A DNA stretch of 64,000 bases from Nitrospirales bacterium (GCA_965223185.1 OZ244988.1:2500613-2564612), one strand, 5' to 3'; positions 17,356 through 28,006 are shown, counted from the stretch's first letter. Program-made: numbers and translations. The notes: generated by a model from the letters alone, not told the origin.

Positions 17356-19869
17356 TCACTCTTTGTCTTGGGTTGTGGTGGCGAGTTGAGCGGGAGCAGA
17401 AATTCGTGCTGCAAGGTCGTGAATCATACCCATATGTCGTTCGACATCGGAAAAATCACCCGATTTGGCCGCTAATTCCAATTCATTGGCTGGTTCGACA
17501 AAGACATCGAACCCGACCGTTCCTCCTGCGCCTTTGAGCCAATGGGCCAATTGGGCCAATTCTTTAAAGTCTTTCGCTCGGCAGGCTTCATTCATGGCCG
17601 GTAACTGGTTTTCCAATCGTCCTAAAAAACGGGCAATCACCTTGGCAAACTTGGGATTGTCATGGCCAAGCCTGGAATAAATGGGGCCTGGTTCTGTTTG
17701 TGTAGTGGATGTCGAAGGCAGAGTATTTGATGTGGTTGAATCGGAAACGGGTTCTATGATTGGTTCGGCCCGAAGCCATGAAGCTAATTTTGAGAAAAAC
17801 AAGTCCAGATGAATGGGTTTGGGGATAAAATCGGTGTATCCGGCTATCTCAAGTTCTTCGCCGAATCCTTTCATGGCGTTCGCTGTTAAGGCAATAATCG
17901 GTGTCTGCACACCACGGTCACGTATATTTTTTGTGGCGCTCAAGCCGTCCATTTTTGGCATTTGCACATCCATAAGAATCAGATCGTAATCCGTGGTGGT
18001 GGCCATCTCAATCGCCATCAAACCGTTGTCTGCTTCGTCAATGGTGAGCCCGTATCCTTCCAAGACCGCCCGTACGAATTCTCGATTTTCTGGGCCGTCA
18101 TCGACCACCAAAATGTGAGATTTTGGAAAGATCCAGGTGGAAGATTCTTGAATTTCAGTTTTTTCAGGGGTAGTCATTGCCAGCTCTGGAGTGATCCAGG
18201 CCACACCGTCTGCGCTACCGCCATCGAGCGTGACCATGAATCGGCTACCTTTCCCCCGCTGACTGTCCACGGTGATATCGCCACCCATCGCACGAGCAAA
18301 TTTTCGACTGATTGACAACCCCAGACCGGTTCCTCCGAATTTTCGAGTCGTTGAGGCATCGGCCTGCACGAAATCTTCGAAAATGCGACCAAGAGCATCT
18401 TCATTCATTCCCACTCCGGTGTCTGTAATATCGACATGAAATTGGATGGCTTTCTGTTGGGTTTGTTCGGCATATGCACTCACCGTGACGCCTCCCAATT
18501 CAGTGAATTTGATGGCATTGCCGATAAGGTTCGTGACAATCTGACGGAGTTTTCCCGGATCATTGGTGATGATTTCAGGGACGGTGTCTTGGATCTGAAG
18601 ATCAAGGGTAATGCCTTTCTTTCCTGCCTGAAATCCCAGGACTTTGACGACTTCCAAAATCACTAAATAAGGATTGAAGGGGATTCGTTCGATATCAAGA
18701 CGTCCGGATTCCACTTTGGAAAGGTCTAAGATATCGTTAATCAGTTCTAGAAGGTGGGTTCCGCTGGAATGGATAATTTCTAAATGATTGAGGGTTTGTT
18801 GTGGATCACGGCCGAAATCGCGCTTCAGTAATTCCGTGAACCCTAAGATGGCGTTCATCGGGGTACGGATTTCATGGCTCATGTTGGCCAGAAAGACACT
18901 CTTAGCCTGATTGGCCGATTCAGCGGCTTCCTTGGCGCTCAATAATTCAATTTCGGCTTCCTCCAATTGAGTGATATCATCAAAACTCACGAGGACTCCA
19001 ACATATTGAGCTCCACTTCCCAGAATTGGGGAACAATTGATCATGAATGTCAGTCGAGTATCGGTAGAAATAGTCAGACGAATTCGCTGATTTTTTTGAG
19101 CTTCGCCTGTGATCAAAGCCACATGCCAAGGAAAAGAGTTTGGTTCTAACGATTGTCCTTCCGACATAGACCACTGAAAATCGTTCACTCGTCGACCTAA
19201 CAAAGCTTCCGGTGACGTGTTTAAGTCCTCGGCAAAGGCTCGGTTAGCGAGCAAAATCTGTTCTTTGTTGTCCAACACCAAAAGTCCTTCTGCCATGGTA
19301 TCTAAGGCTGATCGCACTCGTTCAGGAACGGCTTGTGAGGGGTCAAGTTGTTTCAGCATTTTCCCCAAGTACAGATAAAAGCCAAGAAAGCAAAGGAGAC
19401 CGACGAACATAAGCAATTGCGTATGTTGCCCGGTAAGCATCGCTATCCAGTTTTCATCCACCAAAGGACTGAATCGTAATTCAACACGCCCCCATTTACT
19501 CTGCCCTTCCCATATAGAGACCGACAGTTGCGTATTGCCTGAGAGATCAGATTCGTCATCGACCCAATGGGCCTCATGATCGCCAATGGTCACGAGTCGT
19601 TGCCCGGATTCGATGCGAATGGCTGCGGACAGGAGATCCTTATTCCGATTTACAACCAATCCCAGGACACCTTCAAGGCGTTCAAGATCTTTTTGAGTGA
19701 TAAAGATGGAACTATTGGCAGCGATGGCTTCTGCCAAGGCAGCACGACCCTCTCGGGCAGGTGTGATGGGATCAGGCAAAAGGCCGAATAGGCTGGCGGT
19801 CAAAAGAACGCTGGTCAAAAGGCTTACTAATCCAATAGTCAGCCGGGATTTTGTGGAAAGAAAAGTCAT
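17356..19869 (-). CDS. Hybrid sensor histidine kinase: TM, periplasmic domain, TM, PAS, HisKA, HATPase, REC and Hpt
   Basis: H-box MSHEIRTPMNAILGF, N/G boxes NLIGNAIKFT and DTGVGM..GGTGLGLSI, REC LILMDVQMPKMDG, Hpt HWLKGAGGTVG. The ATG overlaps the stop of the upstream giant gene (ATGA at 19866-19869). Confidence 0.9.
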   Translation of the reverse strand: MTFLSTKSRLTIGLVSLLTSVLLTASLFGLLPDPITPAREGRAALAEAIAANSSIFITQKDLERLEGVLGLVVNRNKDLLSAAIRIESGQRLVTIGDHEAHWVDDESDLSGNTQLSVSIWEGQSKWGRVELRFSPLVDENWIAMLTGQHTQLLMFVGLLCFLGFYLYLGKMLKQLDPSQAVPERVRSALDTMAEGLLVLDNKEQILLANRAFAEDLNTSPEALLGRRVNDFQWSMSEGQSLEPNSFPWHVALITGEAQKNQRIRLTISTDTRLTFMINCSPILGSGAQYVGVLVSFDDITQLEEAEIELLSAKEAAESANQAKSVFLANMSHEIRTPMNAILGFTELLKRDFGRDPQQTLNHLEIIHSSGTHLLELINDILDLSKVESGRLDIERIPFNPYLVILEVVKVLGFQAGKKGITLDLQIQDTVPEIITNDPGKLRQIVTNLIGNAIKFTELGGVTVSAYAEQTQQKAIQFHVDITDTGVGMNEDALGRIFEDFVQADASTTRKFGGTGLGLSISRKFARAMGGDITVDSQRGKGSRFMVTLDGGSADGVAWITPELAMTTPEKTEIQESSTWIFPKSHILVVDDGPENREFVRAVLEGYGLTIDEADNGLMAIEMATTTDYDLILMDVQMPKMDGLSATKNIRDRGVQTPIIALTANAMKGFGEELEIAGYTDFIPKPIHLDLFFSKLASWLRAEPIIEPVSDSTTSNTLPSTSTTQTEPGPIYSRLGHDNPKFAKVIARFLGRLENQLPAMNEACRAKDFKELAQLAHWLKGAGGTVGFDVFVEPANELELAAKSGDFSDVERHMGMIHDLAARISAPAQLATTTQDKE

Positions 19870-22800
19870 GGGGAAGGTCGCCGAAACCAGGGGAATAACC
19901 GTGTCCTGAATCTGGCCGAGGTTAATTTTCCGGAGAGCTCGGTTGAATGGCGTTGCTCTTCGAACATAGACTCCAGGGAATCATCTTCTAAGTCTGTGCG
20001 TTCACTCTTGCGAATCTTTTTTGATGGTGATCCCAATACCAGAAGAGGATTCACCAATTGCCAAGCCGGGACTGACGATAAGAGGGCCGTGAGAAGGACA
20101 CCACTTCGCAACAGCCAGATCACATAGCCAATGGACAATCCAGTCGTTGCAGCTATACTGGATGCCAAATAAGTTTTTTCGGTGGCCACGACATTATTGA
20201 GTGAGTCTCTGGCTTGATCGAGTTCTCTGAGAAATCCCGAAGCGTTCCCCAGGAGCGCTTGAACCTCGCTTTTCACATTCGAAAGACTTAATGGCTTTAT
20301 CAATAGGTCAAACACGCCGCTCATGCTGGTCCCATTGCCTTTATGGCTTTTCTGTGATTCAAGCAAAGACAAATTTTGTTCGATTGGTTTCCGAAGAGCA
20401 TCCTCTTTTTCGGGCCCATCGGTCGTCGTGGTCGAAGTGGATTTCGAAGAAAATCCTTGAGATGTAGAGATGAAATTCATGCCAATTACAGGCTGTTCTT
20501 CATCAGGAATCCCCTCGTCTGGAGGCGGCGAAGGGGAGGGAGATGGACTTGGTGAAGGAGGAAGAACAATGACCGGAGCATTGGTCACCGTGACGGCAAG
20601 GGCTTGGGTGTCGATCAATGTGCCATCCGAGGCTTGTACGATCACGTCATAGACATTGTCGGCGCCGACATCGTTTGGCGCGCCAAGGTTTGGCGCGCTG
20701 ATGAAAGACAGAGCCCCTGTATTCGGGTCGATAGAGAACAAGGCTGCATCGGCTCCGCCGGTTATGCTGTAGGTAAGGGTTGCACCTTCTGCATCAAAGG
20801 CATTGACCGTGGTGACAGCGGTATTACCTTCGATGACCGTAGCGGTACCAGTGGTCCCACCTCCATTGGACGTAATGATGGGGGCATCGTTTTGTGGCGT
20901 AATCGTGAGGCTCACGGTCACGGTATTTGAAGTAGCTCCGGCCAGGTCCCTGATCGTATAGGTAAAGCTGTCGGAAAGAGTTTCAGATCCATTGTGGGTG
21001 TATTCCACAGTCCCATTGGTATTGATGTTTGTGATAGCGCCATTGGTGGGCCCTGAGACAATGGTGATACTGGTCAAATCCAATCCGTCGTCAGCATCAG
21101 TATCATTAATTGCCAGATCAAGGGTATTCACAGACCCCTCATTTACGGTCAAAGCATCAGCAACTGCGGTTGGCGGATCATTAACTGGATTGACATTGAT
21201 AGTTGTTCTGGCTGGAGCACTGGGGGCCGTACCGTCGTTGACGGTAACGTCAATCAATCGGTTCCCTCCGGTAGGCGTGGCGGCATCTGTATGTTGGTAT
21301 TGAATTGCCCTGATCAGCGTTTCTGTTTCAATTTCAGTAAAGGTTCCCCCGCCCTGTTTGGTGATAGTCATGGTGGCTGTGCCGGCTCCAGTGGTCAGCA
21401 CCACGCGATAATTCCCTCCACTGGTATTTTGTCCTGCCACCGCTGTGGCCAAGGCGAACACGTCTCCATCCAACAGGAGTGTTTCACTGTTACCATCCAA
21501 TAATCCGGTGATAGCCAGAGTGACGGTGGTAAAGGTGGGACTATCCAAATCGTTCAGGTCAGCATCTGAATCGGCAATGGCGGTGGGTGCGTCCCCTTCG
21601 GTGAACGTGAATTGATAATCATTGCCTGTGGCTCCTGAGCTATCGTTTAAGTCCAAATCGATAGTCGGGATGATCGATGAACTGGCTTCGTATGCTCCGA
21701 TATCCACATTGGCATCACGTGTAGCACCACGTTGATCTACGGTGGGAGCCCCCAAATTGGCACCGGCGTTGATGGCAGGACTTCCGCCCAAAAGGCTATG
21801 TGTCTGAGTTGGTCCGCCGTTGTCGGCCAAGGCCCCTAAAAGCGGGTCCATTCCGTCTAATGGATCTCCCAAACCGGCCGTCCCGTCGCTATCGATGTTA
21901 TTTCCCAGGGAGTTGAGTGTACTGCTGGCATTGCCGCCAGTATTAGAAGCCAAAATAGTGTTTCTGAGGATAGCCGATCCACCGCCGGCTTGATTAATCC
22001 CACCACCATTGCTGGCTGAGTTAAATGCGACTGTGGAGTTGGTCAACGTGACCGTCGATCGTGTGAAAATCCCGCCGCCATTGCTCGAAGCGGAATTTCC
22101 ACTTATGGTGGAATTCGTAACCTGGGTTACCCCTCCGGAACTCAGATTGAGTCCAGCACCCACGTTCGCGCTATTCCCCGAGACCGTGACCCGGTTAAGC
22201 TCTAATGGGCTAGACGTATCAAGGCCGCCACCTTGGGAACCTGCCGTGTTTCCGGTAATGGCCACGTCTCGAAGTGTTACTGTCCCTCCGCCTGATCGGA
22301 TTTGGATTCCTGCCCCTTGGGTGGCACTACCATTTTGAATGGTCAGATCCGAAATAGTGACTGTTTGACCATGAATATCAAGGACCCGATCGGATCCAAG
22401 TCCATCGATGATAGTGGTTTGGGCACCAGCTCCGGTGATGATGACCCCCTGACGAATGTCCAGATCTCCAGTTGCGCCCAAATCTTCTGAGGTTCCTGTC
22501 AACGACAGCGTATAAGTCCCAGCCGGGAGCATGATGGTATCCCCACCTGAGCCTGCGTTTACTTGAATGATGGCTTCGCGGAGCGAGGTCACTCCATCGC
22601 CACCATTAATCACGTCGGCGAAGGTATCGACAGTGATGACCGCCAGTTTCCCCACCCACTTTTCTTGTGTCTCAGCATTGACTGTGACTTGTGTCTCAAT
22701 CGTTCCTGTTCGATATTCCAGGTCCCAATTCCCGTGATATTGAGGGTTGCCGGTGTCATCGATACTGGCGGCGACATCAGTGCCGGTTAATTCAGCTAAG

Positions 22801-23585
22801 AGTGTGGCCGCCGCTTGGCCAATTTCGCCCTTGCCGAAATTGCAGCCGTAGATGAGGAAATCCGCATCATCTGTTAAGGCTTGGTTGATGATGGCGAGAT
22901 CATTGGCGTATTTCTCTTCCATGGATTTTTGAGTGAGAAGCCCTGTGCCTAACCGCAATTCACCTTGATTGCCATGCGAAATTATATGGATGGCGTCAAC
23001 GTCGGTGCGTTCGCTCAAAACTTCTGCAATTTGGTCGACGCCATCTCGCGTGGAATCCAGCAAAACGGCCTCAGCTCCGGAGTCTATTCCGAGTAGTAAG
23101 GTGTGGTAATCCTCGACATTGGTATCGATAAACACGATTTCTTTCCGATCGGAGAGAGGCGGCGTCACTGTCGACAATGCAGCGTAAAGGTCAATGTCGC
23201 CTATCAAAGGGTCTGAAGGGATTTGATCCTCAGCTCCGATTGCTGAAAAGTCTTGATCGAGCGTAGTCATATCTTGTGGGTCTTGTTGCTGGAGAACTTC
23301 GGCCCCGGTGACCAAGGCCGCACCGTCAAACATGATTCTCGGTTCAAGAGCCAGAAGTGTGCCGAGACCACTGGGCCGGGGAAGGGGATATGTTGCTTCG
23401 CCGCGATCGCGCTTGGAGATATGTGGACGGGTGGCCGCTCTTTGTCTTGTTCGATTATTCAAAAGGCGAGTTGATTGGTTGGGGAGAGTGTCTGTGGCTG
23501 ACCCATAAATAGGCCAAGTCGCACTCATCCCCAACAGGGCGATTACGACAGTATTCCCGCCTAGATACACGTATTCCCAGAGCAT
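19866..23585 (-). CDS. Large repetitive surface protein 1 (1239 aa): LEPRIMFDGA motif, DUF4347-like domain, SLREAI right-handed beta-helix, cadherin-like modules, Pro/Ser linker, C-terminal double-TM anchor
   Basis: The ATG at 23585 is preceded by GGAGGAA. Motifs: LLALEPRIMFDGAALVTGAEV; SDRKEIVFIDTNVEDYHTL...IHIISHGNQGELRLG (DUF4347-like); TSLREAIIQVNAG...DIGAYE (beta-helix / choice-of-anchor-Q-like); NDPPTAV and NDAPIITS cadherin-like modules; PPSPSPSPSPSPPP; TGLSIGYVIWLLRSGVLLTALLSSVPAWQLVNPLLVL. Confidence 0.9.
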   Translation of the reverse strand: MLWEYVYLGGNTVVIALLGMSATWPIYGSATDTLPNQSTRLLNNRTRQRAATRPHISKRDRGEATYPLPRPSGLGTLLALEPRIMFDGAALVTGAEVLQQQDPQDMTTLDQDFSAIGAEDQIPSDPLIGDIDLYAALSTVTPPLSDRKEIVFIDTNVEDYHTLLLGIDSGAEAVLLDSTRDGVDQIAEVLSERTDVDAIHIISHGNQGELRLGTGLLTQKSMEEKYANDLAIINQALTDDADFLIYGCNFGKGEIGQAAATLLAELTGTDVAASIDDTGNPQYHGNWDLEYRTGTIETQVTVNAETQEKWVGKLAVITVDTFADVINGGDGVTSLREAIIQVNAGSGGDTIMLPAGTYTLSLTGTSEDLGATGDLDIRQGVIITGAGAQTTIIDGLGSDRVLDIHGQTVTISDLTIQNGSATQGAGIQIRSGGGTVTLRDVAITGNTAGSQGGGLDTSSPLELNRVTVSGNSANVGAGLNLSSGGVTQVTNSTISGNSASSNGGGIFTRSTVTLTNSTVAFNSASNGGGINQAGGGSAILRNTILASNTGGNASSTLNSLGNNIDSDGTAGLGDPLDGMDPLLGALADNGGPTQTHSLLGGSPAINAGANLGAPTVDQRGATRDANVDIGAYEASSSIIPTIDLDLNDSSGATGNDYQFTFTEGDAPTAIADSDADLNDLDSPTFTTVTLAITGLLDGNSETLLLDGDVFALATAVAGQNTSGGNYRVVLTTGAGTATMTITKQGGGTFTEIETETLIRAIQYQHTDAATPTGGNRLIDVTVNDGTAPSAPARTTINVNPVNDPPTAVADALTVNEGSVNTLDLAINDTDADDGLDLTSITIVSGPTNGAITNINTNGTVEYTHNGSETLSDSFTYTIRDLAGATSNTVTVSLTITPQNDAPIITSNGGGTTGTATVIEGNTAVTTVNAFDAEGATLTYSITGGADAALFSIDPNTGALSFISAPNLGAPNDVGADNVYDVIVQASDGTLIDTQALAVTVTNAPVIVLPPSPSPSPSPSPPPDEGIPDEEQPVIGMNFISTSQGFSSKSTSTTTTDGPEKEDALRKPIEQNLSLLESQKSHKGNGTSMSGVFDLLIKPLSLSNVKSEVQALLGNASGFLRELDQARDSLNNVVATEKTYLASSIAATTGLSIGYVIWLLRSGVLLTALLSSVPAWQLVNPLLVLGSPSKKIRKSERTDLEDDSLESMFEEQRHSTELSGKLTSARFRTRLFPWFRRPSP

Positions 23586-24037
23586 CCTATTCCTCCATCT
23601 CCCTTTTCGGATTCTTCAATGACGATCTGGAAACCGTTCATGAAAAAAGGTGATTTCTCGTGATCATTAGTGGCGGTTAGGCGAAGTTGATACCCGATAT
23701 AAAAATACGTGATTGGAAAAGAAATTACTAAAAGGATCAAGGAGTTAATTCCACATCGAAAAAAACCGAAAGACTGGACTGGAGTCCTACCAACCGTGAG
23801 GAAACGAGCGACGTGAGGAGGAGAGGAAGGGTATCTGTGAATGAGGGACCTTTATGCATTGAGGAAATGAAAGATAGAAATGAGTTGAGCAGGGGTCGAT
23901 GAGCCAAGCGCGGTGGGATTCAGGGCTTGGAAAATGTCGGGCTGTGAACGAGGTCGACCACTGGGATGGTGGGTTGTCTGCATGCAATGACAGAATGTGG
24001 ATAGACTCGATCACGTTTGGGTGTATCCAGTACACAT

Positions 24038-25636
24038 ATGGATAAGGCGAAGTTGGAGATTTCAAGAAAAAGACAACGCATCATACAGGCGTTGGGGAGA
24101 GGATTCTTGTGCCTGTTATCAGGGTGTGCGGTGATCCCGGTTCCACTTTCTCCTGAAGACCTTGAAAAGCGGGTAGACCATGATCTGAGTCAACTCACCC
24201 AGTACCAGGAACCGGTAACTCGTCCGATTACCTTATATGAAGCCATGGCCCGGGCGGTTCGGTTTAATCTTGAAGCGCGGGTACAAGGATTGAAAGAAAT
24301 GGTCGCGCATCGTCAATTGGATCTGGCTCATTATGATTTGTTGCCTCAAGTCGTCGCAGATGCGGGCTATGCCGGACGAAACAATTTTAGTGGGGCAAGC
24401 AGTCGTTCCTTAACCACCGGCCGGGAATCTTTGGAAGCTTCCACTTCAGCCGAAAAAAATATTTTTAATGCCAATTTGACCTTGAGCTGGGATGTGCTGG
24501 ATTTTGGATTATCCTATGTGCGGGCTCAACAGGCCTCCAATGATGTGCTGATTGCCGAAGAAGATAAACGTCGTATTGCCAACCGAGTCGTTCAGGAGGT
24601 GCGGTCGGCCTTTTGGAAAGCATTAGGTGCTGAGCGGGTATTGGGGCGCCTGTCGTTTCTCGATGATTGGGTCAATCATGCCCTGACAGAAACACAGCTT
24701 ATTCGTTCCAAGGCGTTAGAGACCCCTCTCACCTCATTACAGTATGAACGAGAATTGTTGCAGGCCCAACAAGAAATTCAGCAACTCCATCAGGAAATGT
24801 CCGTGTCCAGAATTGAATTAGGGGAACTCATGAATTTAGCACCAGGAGAGCCGTATGAACTGGTGCGACCGGAACGGACTCTTCCGGTTTACAAAATTAA
24901 CGCGAAATTAGAGGAATTAGAACGTCGAGCATTGTTAAACCGTCCGGAACTTCGAACGGTGGACTATCAAAAACGGATCAATGCCAAGGAAACCAAGGTG
25001 GCCCTCTTAGAATTGTTGCCGAGTCTCAGTGGGTATTTTGGAGGAAACTGGGATAGCAATAGTTTCCTGTTTAACCAAAATTGGCTGAGTTATGGGGCAA
25101 AAATTAGTTGGAATTTGATGAATGCCTTCCGGTACCCCGTTCGATTGCAAGTGATTGATGCCCAAAAAGAAGTATTGGATATGCAAAGTTTGGCCCTCAC
25201 GATGACGATTATGACCCAAGTTCATGTTGCTGTCGTGCAATATGAAGCGGCGTTGGCCGATGTCAAATTAACTCAACGGTATTTCCAAACCCAGTTGAAA
25301 ATAGCCGACCATGTTCAGCAGTCCTGGGCGTTGGATCGCCTCAGCGAGCATTTGGTGATTCGAGAAAAGGTTCAAGGCCTCCTGGCAGAGCTCCGCTATG
25401 AAATGGCACTCGCGAAACTGGAAATGGCCTATGCCAATGTGTTGGCCGCGATTGGGGAAGATCCGTTCCCGGTTAATATCACGGATGATGAGGTGGAACA
25501 TTTGGCCCAGGAACTTCAGCAGCGTTGGGAATGGCTGGCTCAACAGGCTTCCGTTTCATCATTGTCGCCTGAATTGGGTCAGAGAAAGAAATCTGTGCAG
25601 AGTTCAGCACAAGAAGGAGGGAATGTCCAACCATGA
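24038..25636 (+). CDS. TolC/NodT-like outer-membrane factor lipoprotein
   Basis: The ORF-track start at 24017 is a TTG; the first ATG is at 24038. Lipobox LCLLSGC. Two long coiled-coil/beta repeats typical of OMF proteins (LTLYEAMARAVRFNLEARV..., LNRPELR...). Its stop overlaps the next ATG (ATGA at 25633-25636). Confidence 0.8.
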   Translation: MDKAKLEISRKRQRIIQALGRGFLCLLSGCAVIPVPLSPEDLEKRVDHDLSQLTQYQEPVTRPITLYEAMARAVRFNLEARVQGLKEMVAHRQLDLAHYDLLPQVVADAGYAGRNNFSGASSRSLTTGRESLEASTSAEKNIFNANLTLSWDVLDFGLSYVRAQQASNDVLIAEEDKRRIANRVVQEVRSAFWKALGAERVLGRLSFLDDWVNHALTETQLIRSKALETPLTSLQYERELLQAQQEIQQLHQEMSVSRIELGELMNLAPGEPYELVRPERTLPVYKINAKLEELERRALLNRPELRTVDYQKRINAKETKVALLELLPSLSGYFGGNWDSNSFLFNQNWLSYGAKISWNLMNAFRYPVRLQVIDAQKEVLDMQSLALTMTIMTQVHVAVVQYEAALADVKLTQRYFQTQLKIADHVQQSWALDRLSEHLVIREKVQGLLAELRYEMALAKLEMAYANVLAAIGEDPFPVNITDDEVEHLAQELQQRWEWLAQQASVSSLSPELGQRKKSVQSSAQEGGNVQP

Positions 25637-26490
25637 GATACCGATTTTGGGGGTCTTTAGGTTTTTTAGTCATCAGTTTGGTGCTGATGACAGGAGAGAA
25701 GGGTATCGGAAAAAGTAAGGGTATCCAGTCTTCCGATCTTAATGCCGTTCGTGGGGTTGTGAAACCAACTGAAGAAGCTGTGATCTCGAGCGAATTACAA
25801 GCTCGCGTCAAACGAATGCCTTTTCGTGATGGACAATGGTTCAAAAAGGGAGATCTGTTGGTTGAATTCGATTGTTCGAAATATTGGGCCGAACTGGCCG
25901 CCGCGAAAGCAGAGCTTGAGGCTCGAGAGAAAACCGCAGAAAACAATCAGGCACTCGCCAAACTCAATGGCATTGGGCAATTGGAGGTGGATGTATCCGA
26001 AGCCGAAGTCAAGCAAGCCAAGGCTGCCGTGAGAAGTGCAAGTTTGGCGGTACGGCACTGTAAAATTACGGCACCATTTTCAGGCCGGGTGGTGAAAGGA
26101 CTTGTCAATCCTCATGAAAGTGTGAATCCGTACGATGAGGTCATGAGTGTGTTGAATGATAAGACCTTCGAAATCGAATTGATTCTCCCTTCCTCGTCAT
26201 TGCGATGGGTGACCAAAAAAAGTGTCTTCAAGTTTTATATCGATGAAACCCAGGAGTTGTATCTCGCCGAAGTGGTGGAGATTGGGGCTCGGGTGGATCC
26301 GGTGAGTCAGACGATCCGGGTGTTTGGACAATTCAAGGAGCAACCCAAGCAGGTCCTGGCCGGTATGAGTGGGAGCGCAAGATTTTTGGATCGAACGGTG
26401 AAGGAAGAAACTTCAAAGCCGAAATTTAAACCGAGCACGTCTCCGCAACCGTCAACAGCGGCATCAACGATTCACAGTTCTCTAAAATAG
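25633..26490 (+). CDS. HlyD/membrane-fusion-protein-like periplasmic adaptor (short, 285 aa)
   Basis: N-terminal TM/signal, a barrel-sandwich (biotinyl-lipoyl-like) sequence (VKPTEEAVISSELQARVKRMPFRDGQWFKKGDLLVEFD ... ITAPFSGRVV) and a short coiled-coil insert. Confidence 0.75.
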   Translation: MRYRFWGSLGFLVISLVLMTGEKGIGKSKGIQSSDLNAVRGVVKPTEEAVISSELQARVKRMPFRDGQWFKKGDLLVEFDCSKYWAELAAAKAELEAREKTAENNQALAKLNGIGQLEVDVSEAEVKQAKAAVRSASLAVRHCKITAPFSGRVVKGLVNPHESVNPYDEVMSVLNDKTFEIELILPSSSLRWVTKKSVFKFYIDETQELYLAEVVEIGARVDPVSQTIRVFGQFKEQPKQVLAGMSGSARFLDRTVKEETSKPKFKPSTSPQPSTAASTIHSSLK

Positions 26491-26542
26491 TAGCATCTTG
26501 GAAAGATCTTCATCTCAGAAAGAGAAGTAGACAAACGGCGAT

Positions 26543-28006
26543 ATGAGTCATCCAATGTCGAACGGTCGTCAAGCTTCTGGAGGATCACCGGTCATGGAGC
26601 CTCCCGATGCAAAGACCTCTACCGCTTCTCAAACATCGAGAGAGCCAGCCAGCCAATCCGAAAAAGGAGGGGACATCGATCCCCATCTTTTGGTCGCTCT
26701 CCTTCAATTAGAAAGCCAAGCGCGAACGGCGCAAACGGTCAAGGAGCTATGTTTTCTGCTAGCCAATGAAACCCGGCGTCTCGTCAGTTTTCGCCAGGCC
26801 TGCGTGTTCTCAATGGGTACACAATTGCGAAAGACCTGCCAGGTAGAAGTCGTGTCGAGTGTGGCCGTGGTGGATCGCAAGTCCCCGATGGTGCAATGGA
26901 TTGAAGAGGTCGTATCAAGTCTCTGGGACAATCAGTCCTTACAAGCCCCGTGTCATTTGAATGTTCAACAATGTCCGAAGCATCTTCAAGCCGATTGGAG
27001 GCGATTCGCCTTTCCGCATGTCTTATGGTGTCCGATTATTTGGGGCAATCAACAGGTGTTGGGCGGAATGTGGTTGGCGAGGGAACGCCCCTGGCTGGAA
27101 GGGGAAATCCAACTCATTCGGCGTTTTGCCGAAACGGTGGCGCATGCCTGGAATGCGTTAGGGAAAACGAAAACGTCAGTCAAACATCTGACCATATCCA
27201 AGCGCTGGGTGTGGATGGGTGTGGCGTTGTTGTTTGCCGTCATGTGTTTTCCGGTTCATGTATCAACGTTAGCGCCCGTCGAAGTCGTGGCGCGAGATCC
27301 CATTGTGGTCACCGCACCGCTTGATGGGGTCATTGCGGAAATTTTGGTGCAACCGAATACGGTCGTTCAAGAAGGAAGCACCTTGTTTCGGTATGAGGAC
27401 ACGAAGTTTCGCAATGACTATGAAGTGGCGGAAAAGAATTTAGCCGTGGGATTGATGGAATACCGGAAAGTCACACAAGGGGCCTTTTTTGATGACGAAA
27501 CAGGCGCGGGAATGCCGGTACAGGCTTCCGAAGTCCGCCTAAAAGAGGCCGAGCGTGATTATGCGTGGGAAGTGCTGCAACAGGTGGAAGTCAAATCGAC
27601 TCGACAAGGTATTGTCTTGTTTGGGGATAAATCGGATTGGGTCGGAAAACCCGTGGTGATCGGTGAACGGATTATGGAAGTCGCCGATCCCAAGGAATAT
27701 GAGTTGAAAATTGATCTACCAGTCGAAGATGCAATCGTGCTTCATGAAGGAGCGGACGTTGATGTGTTTCTTGACGCGAATCCTCTGAAGGCCATTCCTG
27801 CGACCCTCACCCATGCCAGTTATCACGCTGAAGTATTGCCGACGAATGAATTCGCCTACCGTGTGAAAGCCGAAATCACCGAGCAACCGGAATCCATCCG
27901 CATTGGCTGGCAGGGGACAGCGAAAATCTATGGAGAACGGGTGTCGTTGTTCTTCTATGTGTTTCGTCGCCCCCTGTCGGTCCTGCGCCAAACGATAGGT
28001 TGGTAA
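26543..28006 (+). CDS. Membrane protein with a cytoplasmic GAF-like N-domain, one TM and an HlyD-like periplasmic adaptor domain
   Basis: TM WVWMGVALLFAVMCFPVHV followed by VVTAPLDGVIAEILVQPNTVVQEGSTLFRYED, the adaptor lipoyl-like motif. The GAF-like call for residues ~60-200 is based on general appearance only. Confidence 0.7.
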   Translation: MSHPMSNGRQASGGSPVMEPPDAKTSTASQTSREPASQSEKGGDIDPHLLVALLQLESQARTAQTVKELCFLLANETRRLVSFRQACVFSMGTQLRKTCQVEVVSSVAVVDRKSPMVQWIEEVVSSLWDNQSLQAPCHLNVQQCPKHLQADWRRFAFPHVLWCPIIWGNQQVLGGMWLARERPWLEGEIQLIRRFAETVAHAWNALGKTKTSVKHLTISKRWVWMGVALLFAVMCFPVHVSTLAPVEVVARDPIVVTAPLDGVIAEILVQPNTVVQEGSTLFRYEDTKFRNDYEVAEKNLAVGLMEYRKVTQGAFFDDETGAGMPVQASEVRLKEAERDYAWEVLQQVEVKSTRQGIVLFGDKSDWVGKPVVIGERIMEVADPKEYELKIDLPVEDAIVLHEGADVDVFLDANPLKAIPATLTHASYHAEVLPTNEFAYRVKAEITEQPESIRIGWQGTAKIYGERVSLFFYVFRRPLSVLRQTIGW

